Source of the DNA: a virus
Lineage: Duplodnaviria; Heunggongvirae; Uroviricota; Caudoviricetes
Virus record (IMG/VR): IMGVR_UViG_3300028584_001240
Direction: 5' to 3' (one strand)
Length of the DNA stretch: 64,000 bases
Shown here: positions 18,663 through 26,687 of the stretch, piece after piece
Layout: every line of letters begins with the position of its first letter
Position numbering within the stretch: position 1 is the stretch's first letter
Notes under the pieces: model-generated
What the model was told of the DNA's origin: nothing
The model's database searches: none
What the model saw: the letters and a program-made list of their open reading frames with translations, nothing else
Program-made: the position numbers and the translations under genes

Positions 18663-19058
18663 TTAGATGTATATCATGTTATGCAGGTCAATGAACTGCT
18701 CAATATTATCAAATTTTTGTTCTGAATTCATATTAATCAAAATAAGCAGTAACTGTTTAAATTGCTCTATTGTTGATGACGGTGATGGCTTAAATTGAAC
18801 ACCAAATCCTCCATAAAAACAAAAAACACTATTATTGTCAACACTTAATGTGAAATCATTTGCATAAAGATGAAAATTATAAATATCAGGATCTAGGCTA
18901 AAACTAAAACCATTATAGCCATCTTCACGATTAGTCTCATAATCACGTTGCATATCAAAGCAAATTTTATGGATGACTCCATTAGCTTTAAACAATTGGT
19001 CAACAATCATAATATTCTTTAAGACTGCTCTCTTATCAAATTCTTCGTAGTCGCTCAA
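18663..19058 (-). CDS. Short paralog (C-terminal half of DD/YPF family), C-terminal LxxMxxI
   Basis: NIMIVDQLF matches the family NI..VD.AL segment; TTG start after GAAGGA; ends DLHNMIYI. Confidence 0.65.
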   Translation of the reverse strand: MSDYEEFDKRAVLKNIMIVDQLFKANGVIHKICFDMQRDYETNREDGYNGFSFSLDPDIYNFHLYANDFTLSVDNNSVFCFYGGFGVQFKPSPSSTIEQFKQLLLILINMNSEQKFDNIEQFIDLHNMIYI

Positions 19059-19133
19059 AATAGTAATCCTTCAATTAAGTTTTTTAATAAAAATGATTTT
19101 AGCATAATTTAAAAGAAAAAACAAACAAAAGTA

Positions 19134-19161
19134 TTGACTTTTAAAAATAATATGCTAATAT
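19134..19161 (+). promoter_or_regulatory. sigma70 promoter of ncRNA locus B
   Basis: TTGACT (19134-39), 16 nt, extended -10 TGcTAATAT. Confidence 0.75.
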
Positions 19162-19167
19162 TGTATT

Positions 19168-19347
19168 TAGATAAGGCTATGAAGCAGGTTCCTTCTAAAC
19201 ATTCTTTTAAATGACGATTTACCTATTCGCTTTCCATATCTACTTATTCAAGGCTATGATTACGGTTCCTTCTAACTCTATTGGCTGATATACCTGATCG
19301 CTTCCCTTAAACTAAAAAGACCTAACAGCAATGTCAGGTCTTTTTTT
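19168..19347 (+). ncRNA. Novel structured ncRNA locus B (two tandem hairpin units)
   Basis: AGGCTA-N7-GGTTCCTTCTAA at 19174 and 19251 (77-nt period); same architecture as locus A; 5' end estimated. Confidence 0.75.
19314..19347 (+). terminator. Intrinsic (probably bidirectional) terminator of ncRNA B
   Basis: aaaaagacctaaca-gcaa-tgtcaggtc plus T7. Confidence 0.8.
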
Positions 19348-19372
19348 ATAGCTCAAATAAAAGCACTTTAAA

Positions 19373-20323
19373 CTAAATCGTGCTCATCCTGAATAATTTA
19401 ACATAGTCATCCATTTCTTTATCGTTTAAAGATGTGTAATATACGCCACACTCTGATAAAAATAGTTCAAAATCTGAACATGGATATTCTTTCAAAACGA
19501 CATCAATTGTTTTTTCAATTAACTCACCGACTGAATCACTATTCTCAATGGTGTTAACAGTAATCGGATTTTTTCTCTTATTTTTTTCGTAAATATAAGC
19601 TGCTGAATGATTCGGCTCTTTAAACACATGTTTGTGACTCACTGAATTATTCAACACAATTTCAAAATCATAAGTATTCACTAACAAACGAACAGTGTCC
19701 GCATTAATAGACTGATATATTAAAAAGCTGTATAAGTTATAATATTTTCTTAAATAAGCTATTTTATCAAAATATTTTTTATATTCATCACTGCCAAAAT
19801 ATTGATTAGTGTATAATCCAAAAGAAAACAAGATTTCACCATTCACAATTTTATAAAAAGATTTATCCTTATATTTTTGTTCTTTCAAACACACATACAC
19901 GATATTGATATTCTGATCACCATTATAATCAATAACTTTTTCAGACAGTCTATCGAAATAGACAATACAGTCTTTGCCTTTTGTGTTGATTTCATTAATA
20001 AAAAAATAAAAATGTTCTGGTATTAATGTCATGAAGGGCAATCCATCAAAAATCTTGAAGATATCTGAATTATAAGAGTGATCACCGACATACGTCAAAA
20101 CGACAACATCATTAACGTATACAGTAAAATAGCGAGACGTTGAAACACTAATGGGTTCAAAATCGTCAAAGGCTCGAATAATGATAGATTGATCGTGATT
20201 TGAACAATAATAATCATCATAGATTTTTTTCACATAAAAGTTTCGCTCACTATTTGTATAAACAATAGGGAGTTCTGACATATTTAAGTAACCTTTAATC
20301 TCTTCAATCGTAAGCATAATCAC
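19373..20323 (-). CDS. Hypothetical protein with C-terminal LxxMxxI motif
   Basis: 316 aa; ends KLFRMSTI. Confidence 0.7.
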   Translation of the reverse strand: MIMLTIEEIKGYLNMSELPIVYTNSERNFYVKKIYDDYYCSNHDQSIIIRAFDDFEPISVSTSRYFTVYVNDVVVLTYVGDHSYNSDIFKIFDGLPFMTLIPEHFYFFINEINTKGKDCIVYFDRLSEKVIDYNGDQNINIVYVCLKEQKYKDKSFYKIVNGEILFSFGLYTNQYFGSDEYKKYFDKIAYLRKYYNLYSFLIYQSINADTVRLLVNTYDFEIVLNNSVSHKHVFKEPNHSAAYIYEKNKRKNPITVNTIENSDSVGELIEKTIDVVLKEYPCSDFELFLSECGVYYTSLNDKEMDDYVKLFRMSTI

Positions 20324-20444
20324 TTATCCACTTCAATTTAATGCTGATATTATAGCATAATTTATCAATAAAACCAATGAAATAACATAATTTAAGGTAA
20401 AAAAAGACCCAACATGAGTTAGGTCTTTTATTGTTGTCTACAAG

Positions 20445-20849
20445 TCAACTGTTAACACGACAAACGCCATAAGTCACAGAATAGTAATCAACCATTTTCT
20501 GTTCACCACGCTTATAGGTAATACCATTAAAAATGACTTCTGTAGCATCATTGATATGAGATTGACTATTATAGTCATAAAGCGTTGTTCCATTCCAACT
20601 GACATGAGCGACTTGTCTTGGCCCATCATTAGTAACAACCATCCAGTAAAGACCATTTAAACGATCATAATCGCAAGTATCTGCAATGGGTGCTGCATCT
20701 GGAACGGTTTCAATAGGTGCTGCTCTCATAATAATAGAGCTATCATCCATTATCCCGCGAGGGCCAGTAAGTGGAGATGTTAAAATAAATTCAGCTTGCG
20801 TTAAAGAAAAAAAACTTGTTGTTATTAATATCAAAGCTATTTTTTTAAT
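20445..20849 (-). CDS. Secreted protein with Cys-bounded beta-rich domain (adhesin-like)
   Basis: Signal peptide (I)KKIALILITTSFFSLTQA from a probable ATT start at 20849; domain C...W...WNGT...NGITYKRG...YGVCRVN shared with the neighbouring gene. Confidence 0.65.
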   Translation of the reverse strand: MKKIALILITTSFFSLTQAEFILTSPLTGPRGIMDDSSIIMRAAPIETVPDAAPIADTCDYDRLNGLYWMVVTNDGPRQVAHVSWNGTTLYDYNSQSHINDATEVIFNGITYKRGEQKMVDYYSVTYGVCRVNS

Positions 20850-21032
20850 AGTTGTCTCAAAGTGGTTTGCTTATATTAAAATATTAGCATATTTTTGAAA
20901 ATAATATATAGATAACTAATAATAAATAAGACTATTTAATGAACGTTTATCGGATTTTAAAAATATAAATAATTATATCATTTAAAATAAAAAAAAACTT
21001 AAACTAAGTTAAGCTTTTTATTAAACTTTTAA

Positions 21033-21983
21033 TTAGTGATTCACACGACATATTCCATAAGATTGACCGTAAACCACAACTGGATATCCAGCACTTAATT
21101 CACCAAGATAATTACCTCTTTTATAAGTTACACCATTATAAGTAAATGTAGTAACATTGCCTAATTGTTGGTTAGCTGATAATGTATTACCCATCCAAGA
21201 AATATAACTAACATTATTATTATCTGTTAAATCTACAACCCATGATGTTGAACTATAAGCCACGTTCACACAACTTTCAGCATCAGTAGTAGTATCAGTG
21301 CCTGCAACTGTTCTTGTTGGGTTTTCATCGCTATCAATATCTCTATTTAGATTGGTAGGTGAACCTACGTTTCTAATAGCTAACGTAGAATCATTCTGTT
21401 CTCTTGCTTGTGATGTGCTTACTTGTTTCTGTTTACAATTAATACCTGTTTGGTCTACTGACTGGCTTGGTAGATAATTATTTGAATCAGGTGTCCATGT
21501 ACAATTATAAGCTGATCCTGAGTTTGTCCATGCAGTGACAACAGGAGCTATACTAACCCATGATCCGCCATTAAAATCTCCCGGTATATTTCTACATAGG
21601 CCAAAGTTGTTGTTTGGTCCTTGGGGCACTGCTGTTGTTGTTTCATCTTTTGTATAAACAATGCCATTAGGGCCAGCTACTGATGTTGCTCCTGATGCGA
21701 AAGTGCTTACAGTTGTTCCATTCCAAATAGCAGCCCCCGCCCCATTAGTTCTATTTACTCGCCAAGCATAAACACCTGCTGATGCGGGCATACATTCATC
21801 TTTTGCTACTGGAGGAGTGACAGGAACTTCTGGCACAACCGGAGGTGTTCCACCTGTAAAGGTAATACTACCATTTTGTAACGATCCACCATTGTTTACT
21901 TCCATTGGCACAGACATCCGATAATCAGCAACGGAAATACCAAATGTTGAAGCTATAAAGAGTACTAACATATTTTTTTTCAT
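21033..21983 (-). CDS. Secreted protein with two Cys-bounded repeat domains (adhesin-like)
   Basis: Signal peptide, Pro/Thr linker, two copies of the C..W..W.G...NG..Y.....G.CR domain. Confidence 0.7.
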   Translation of the reverse strand: MKKNMLVLFIASTFGISVADYRMSVPMEVNNGGSLQNGSITFTGGTPPVVPEVPVTPPVAKDECMPASAGVYAWRVNRTNGAGAAIWNGTTVSTFASGATSVAGPNGIVYTKDETTTAVPQGPNNNFGLCRNIPGDFNGGSWVSIAPVVTAWTNSGSAYNCTWTPDSNNYLPSQSVDQTGINCKQKQVSTSQAREQNDSTLAIRNVGSPTNLNRDIDSDENPTRTVAGTDTTTDAESCVNVAYSSTSWVVDLTDNNNVSYISWMGNTLSANQQLGNVTTFTYNGVTYKRGNYLGELSAGYPVVVYGQSYGICRVNH

Positions 21984-22177
21984 TTTTGATACATCTTAAC
22001 TTGTTTATATAATATTATTGTATCACTAGAAAAAACAAAAAAAATAGCATTTTTTAAATATTTATTTAATACACAACTGTATTATTTTACGTTTATGTCA
22101 GGAAAATATGAAATAATACAGTTCACAAATAATAAAAAGGGTGATATAATAGCGGAAATTAAATGAAGAGGTTTACC

Positions 22178-23005
22178 ATGAAAGCAATTACTCCAATGAA
22201 GCGTTATAAAACAGCCATTGATCACTTGCGTTCGCAAGTTCGTGGACATTCTCATGAGTTCACCTTAAACAAAGCAGAATCAAGAAGAATTCCGTGGGTT
22301 TTTGCACGCGGTGACAAATACGAAACCAAAGGCGTGGAATGTGATTTCATCATGATCTTCGAATCCTTAGAAAATAAAGGTTTCTCATTTGCTTTAACCT
22401 TTACTTATATGGACAAAGCACAAGAAGAACAACTGGTCTGTGGTTCTGTTAAATTTGGTGATGAGTTGGAGCAAACTCGTTATGGTGAACCTATGCCACT
22501 TGAAAAATTTAAAGAATCATTGAATGCATTAAACAAAAAGCTAACAGCTCTTGAAAACAAAAACTACGATGAAATCATCAACGTGTTCAGTGAAGTCTTC
22601 TTGCAAACGACCTTCAGCTTGGCCGATGATATCGAAAAAGCAAGTGCAGAAATAAAACAATTCGTAGCTGAAAAAACTGCTGAGCTTGTTATTAAAGAGG
22701 CAGAAGATGTTGCAAAGATCGCTCGTGAAGCACATTCAACTGCTACAGCTAATGTGGATGCAGCTTTGAAAGCTTCCGAAGCTTACAAAGAACGTGAAGA
22801 GTTGTTAGAGCGTCTTGCACGTTTGGATAAAGTACTAACTAACAAAAAAGTATTACTGAATAAAAAAGAAGATGTGGCTGTGAAAGAAAAGGCGAAAAAG
22901 AAGGCTGAGGAAACTTTGCAGTCTAAAAAATTAACACTGTCCATGCAGTTGAACAAAAAACTATTGGATTATCCAAAAGCAATCCGCACTCGAATCGTAA
23001 ATTAA
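22178..23005 (+). CDS. Coiled-coil hypothetical protein
   Basis: Ala/Glu/Lys-rich heptads in the C-terminal half; GAGG RBS. Confidence 0.7.
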   Translation: MKAITPMKRYKTAIDHLRSQVRGHSHEFTLNKAESRRIPWVFARGDKYETKGVECDFIMIFESLENKGFSFALTFTYMDKAQEEQLVCGSVKFGDELEQTRYGEPMPLEKFKESLNALNKKLTALENKNYDEIINVFSEVFLQTTFSLADDIEKASAEIKQFVAEKTAELVIKEAEDVAKIAREAHSTATANVDAALKASEAYKEREELLERLARLDKVLTNKKVLLNKKEDVAVKEKAKKKAEETLQSKKLTLSMQLNKKLLDYPKAIRTRIVN

Positions 23006-23021
23006 AAGGAGAATTAAAGAA

Positions 23022-23621
23022 ATGAACATTAAAAAATATTTGGTAACCCTGCTATTACTCGTGCCAATGATGTCGTCAGCGAGTGATGTAGCAAATATTA
23101 ACCCCAAAGTTATGTATGATTTTATACCCTACATAGGTGCTGTAGCACCTGAGTGGATTTTAAACCTAAACGAACAAGAAAAAAAGTCAAACAAGGTAGT
23201 TAAGACTATTGACTATAAAGAACTTAATTCTAATTTGGACTATAGGTACACTATCTTTAATAACATCCTTTATTCCGTTGAAGTTCGAATTGGCTCTTAT
23301 GACAAACCAAGATGGTCAATTGAAGATCAGTATGAAAAACTTTCCATTGCTGCAGGTATAGCGGACAGTTTAACAGCAAATGGCTTTCTAATGACAAATG
23401 ATAAAGTTAATAAGAAAATTAGACATTTCGAAAAGATGAGCGTTTTTATTACAATAGATAATTATCAAACTCAATATCTTAACAACAGCACAGAGTCAGC
23501 CATTTTGTTAACATTCACCGCTCCAAAATTTACTGAGCAAGTTAAGCAAAATCGGTTAGAAATACTTAATAAGATGTCTATTGAAAACAAAGATAAGTAT
23601 AAAGATTTAATTGGAAAATGA
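23022..23621 (+). CDS. Secreted hypothetical protein
   Basis: N-terminal signal peptide; AGGAG RBS. Confidence 0.7.
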   Translation: MNIKKYLVTLLLLVPMMSSASDVANINPKVMYDFIPYIGAVAPEWILNLNEQEKKSNKVVKTIDYKELNSNLDYRYTIFNNILYSVEVRIGSYDKPRWSIEDQYEKLSIAAGIADSLTANGFLMTNDKVNKKIRHFEKMSVFITIDNYQTQYLNNSTESAILLTFTAPKFTEQVKQNRLEILNKMSIENKDKYKDLIGK

Positions 23622-23681
23622 TTTCTTGTTTAATTTTTGTGGATAGGTTATAATAGAAGTATACCAATTAGGAGATATTTT

Positions 23682-24248
23682 ATGGCTTTTGAAAACGAAA
23701 GAAAATTCTTATTAAAGAATGATAACTGGAAAAAGGGTGTCTCTAACAAAGATGATATTCATCAAGGTTATATTGATTTGAGCAAAGTTAAAATCTCTGT
23801 CAAACCTAACTGGCTTATCTTAGATTTTGGCTTTACTATCCTGCGTAAACCCATTACACCAGAAGATACTGCCCAATTGATTGAACACTTAGATAAGCCA
23901 GAAAAAGTGCTGCGTATCCGAGATAAATCTGGCAAATTTAAGATTACGCTTAAAATTGACATTGGTGTTGTAGACAGCAAAGTGGAAGTAGAGCCAAGCC
24001 TATCGAAAGAAGAATATGAGATGTTATTGCCATTGTGCGATAGTTTCATTTCGAAAATTCGTAGCTATGTAAAAGTAGGTGACTACGTTTACGAAGTCGA
24101 TGTTTTCACTGGCAAACATGCACATCTTGAACCTATTGCTGAAGTTGAATACAAAACACCGGGTGAAGTTATTGAAATACCAGAGTGGGCAGGAACAGAA
24201 GTGACGGGGGTTGACAAGTATTACAACGCCAACCTTGCAAAACTGTAA
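23682..24248 (+). CDS. CYTH (triphosphate tunnel metalloenzyme) domain protein
   Basis: ENERKFL, LRIR, ITLK, ISKIR, YEVDVF, AEVE, EVTG..KYYNANL; start refined to ATG 23682. Confidence 0.88.
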   Translation: MAFENERKFLLKNDNWKKGVSNKDDIHQGYIDLSKVKISVKPNWLILDFGFTILRKPITPEDTAQLIEHLDKPEKVLRIRDKSGKFKITLKIDIGVVDSKVEVEPSLSKEEYEMLLPLCDSFISKIRSYVKVGDYVYEVDVFTGKHAHLEPIAEVEYKTPGEVIEIPEWAGTEVTGVDKYYNANLAKL

Positions 24249-24356
24249 CAAATATAAATAAAATAGAAAAGGCACTTTGGTGTCTTTTTTTTAACTTCAT
24301 ATTTTTCAATATGTTATATTAAATTTATGATAAAATAAAATAAAACTATACAGGAG

Positions 24357-25493
24357 TTGAATGTGATTACTACAATAGCCCATAAGATAATTAATTCTAT
24401 TGATAGTTATATTGATTCTAAAAACATTGAAAATAGATATAACAGCCATCAAAAGATACCAGAAACTGTCGATAATTTCTTTATGAGATTTTACATGGAC
24501 ATAAATCATACTGAATATTTAGTAATTAAGCACACTGATATTAATTACTTGGATGATATTTTATTTTCTAATGACGCACTTAAAATAAATTTTGAAGCAT
24601 TTAAAATTTTCTGTACACAATTGCTATACGGAAATAATAACAAAACCAACACCCATATGATATTAATTGAATATTCGAACACAAAAGACGCAATAATTTC
24701 TGTCAAATGCCAATGGAATGAATCCGGTATATGGCTTGAATTGTATGAGAAAAATCTAATATTATCTGTGAATGATGGTAACCTTAGATGGCAAACAAGA
24801 AACTATAATTGCAATGATATAAATAACTGTTTTCAAGATATGCTTGATGAAATGAAAGGCATTCTCATATCAAAAGCAGGTTATGCAGTAAATGATGAAT
24901 ATTCAGAAGATTTTAAAACATTCAAAAACAAAAGTATAAGAGAAGTTGCCAATGAACAATTTTCAACTAAAAAATACAATTATAAAAGCCAAGAAGAATT
25001 GGTTGAAATTGTTAATAAGCAATTAACAAGAAATTTTGTTAAAGCTGGAATATTTACTTTTAAAGACGATCATGAAAAAAAAGTTCTAACCATATTTGAT
25101 GAATTAATAAAATCAAAAAACGAACGACAATTAATGAGACAATTAATGAGTTTAATGATATTTTATTTTAAAATAAAAAATCAATCACCTACAATATACT
25201 TTGACTGTTCTAATGATGTAGGTAAAGTAAATAAATTAAAAAAACTAGATGGTATTTTTTATGTCTACTGTTTTGATAATCTATTGGAATTGTTTATTGG
25301 TAAAGATAAACATACTTTTACTTATAAGTCACCATTGCGAAATGATGAATGCGAAAAAACATCAGAGACGCTTAACGATGTTTATATTTACTTACTTGAA
25401 AGTATTCGTGAAGATATTAATAAAAAACTTATGAATGGTGACAACACTATTACATTAAATCACTTGAAAGTTTATGAGATGATACATATATGA
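24357..25493 (+). CDS. Hypothetical protein, paralog pair member, C-terminal VxxMxxI
   Basis: IKHTDINYLDDIL...FKIFCTQLLYG matches the next gene; ends KVYEMIHI. Confidence 0.75.
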   Translation: MNVITTIAHKIINSIDSYIDSKNIENRYNSHQKIPETVDNFFMRFYMDINHTEYLVIKHTDINYLDDILFSNDALKINFEAFKIFCTQLLYGNNNKTNTHMILIEYSNTKDAIISVKCQWNESGIWLELYEKNLILSVNDGNLRWQTRNYNCNDINNCFQDMLDEMKGILISKAGYAVNDEYSEDFKTFKNKSIREVANEQFSTKKYNYKSQEELVEIVNKQLTRNFVKAGIFTFKDDHEKKVLTIFDELIKSKNERQLMRQLMSLMIFYFKIKNQSPTIYFDCSNDVGKVNKLKKLDGIFYVYCFDNLLELFIGKDKHTFTYKSPLRNDECEKTSETLNDVYIYLLESIREDINKKLMNGDNTITLNHLKVYEMIHI

Positions 25494-26644
25494 TTAAAGA
25501 TATTGAAAAAAAAATAACAGATAATATAGATAATTATATAAGATGTCAAAATATAAAAAATATCTGTATGAATATATCACAAGTCTATGAAAAAAATAAA
25601 GCTTATTTTTACGACAAAGTTTCTCGATATGATGAAATAATGTTGATAAAACATGATAATATCAATTATATAGAAGACATCTTAGACATGAATACGCAAT
25701 CAAAACTTAAATTAAAAGAGTTTAAGACATTTTGTAATTTCATGTTATACGGATATGACCAAGAAACAACTATTAACCAAATAAATTTTGTGAGAAATAT
25801 AAATATCTCATTTGTTGATGAAATTGAAATGAGCTGGCCTGAAATTGGTTTGTTGTTTAAATTAACAAATGATTATATTGAAATTAGAATAAGAAGTTGT
25901 AAAAAAGGAAATTACATACTTTCCTCAAATCAGCATAATAACAATAACATCAATATAAATTTAGGAAAAATGATCGATGAATTGAAATTAACAATGTTAA
26001 AAGAGGTTGATTTAGGTCACTACAAAGAAAATCATCCAGAAGTAATATCCTTCAAAAATAAGAGTATTTTTGATATTATAACTGAACACTTTTCTCAACT
26101 GAACTTTGAATATTTTAATGCAGAATATCTTGTTAAATACATAAATAAAAATATCAATAAAAATTTTTTTATCACTAATAAAGAAACTGACTCATTAACT
26201 ATTTCATTGGACTCGAAGGAAAATAAAAAAATTGCTCTTATGTTATATGATAAAATAATGAAATCTCATTTCAGAGAGTCATCCGAAATGGCACAGTTAA
26301 TTAATTTAATAATATTTTATTGTGAATTATCGAATAAAGACCCCATACTAAGTGTAGATATTAGTAATATACCAGTAAATTATACAAAATTAAATAATTT
26401 AAAAAAAATGACCATATATAGTTTTAATTTTGGAAATTGTTTAATAATTGATATTGGTGGTCATGAAAAAACAATAACTTGTAAAATAGTTATTGACAAT
26501 TACGCCTATATTGACACTGAAAGTTTGGCTGTCTTGTATGATGCTTTTTTAAATATAATAAAACAACATGTTAATGAAACAATTAAAAATGATGATCCAT
26601 TAACTTTGGATCATTTAGAATTATATAAGATGGTCAAAATATGA
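25490..26644 (+). CDS. Hypothetical protein, paralog pair member, C-terminal LxxMxxI
   Basis: IKHDNINYIEDIL...FKTFCNFMLYG; ATGA overlap; ends ELYKMVKI. Confidence 0.75.
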   Translation: MIKDIEKKITDNIDNYIRCQNIKNICMNISQVYEKNKAYFYDKVSRYDEIMLIKHDNINYIEDILDMNTQSKLKLKEFKTFCNFMLYGYDQETTINQINFVRNINISFVDEIEMSWPEIGLLFKLTNDYIEIRIRSCKKGNYILSSNQHNNNNININLGKMIDELKLTMLKEVDLGHYKENHPEVISFKNKSIFDIITEHFSQLNFEYFNAEYLVKYINKNINKNFFITNKETDSLTISLDSKENKKIALMLYDKIMKSHFRESSEMAQLINLIIFYCELSNKDPILSVDISNIPVNYTKLNNLKKMTIYSFNFGNCLIIDIGGHEKTITCKIVIDNYAYIDTESLAVLYDAFLNIIKQHVNETIKNDDPLTLDHLELYKMVKI

Positions 26645-26647
26645 TAA

Positions 26648-26677
26648 AAAAACAGCCTCCGAAGAGGCTGCTTTCAT
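26648..26677. terminator. Bidirectional terminator
   Basis: aaaaacagcctc-cgaa-gaggctgcttt between convergent genes. Confidence 0.8.
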
Positions 26678-26687
26678 TTTCATCACA

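Noticed and set aside
17659-19347. CRISPR array or tRNA interpretation of the AGGCTA...GGTTCCTTCT repeats
   Set aside because: Only two units per locus, the conserved part is interrupted by 7 variable nt, the 'spacers' pair with the repeats, no cas genes are present, and there is no cloverleaf or TTCRA T-loop
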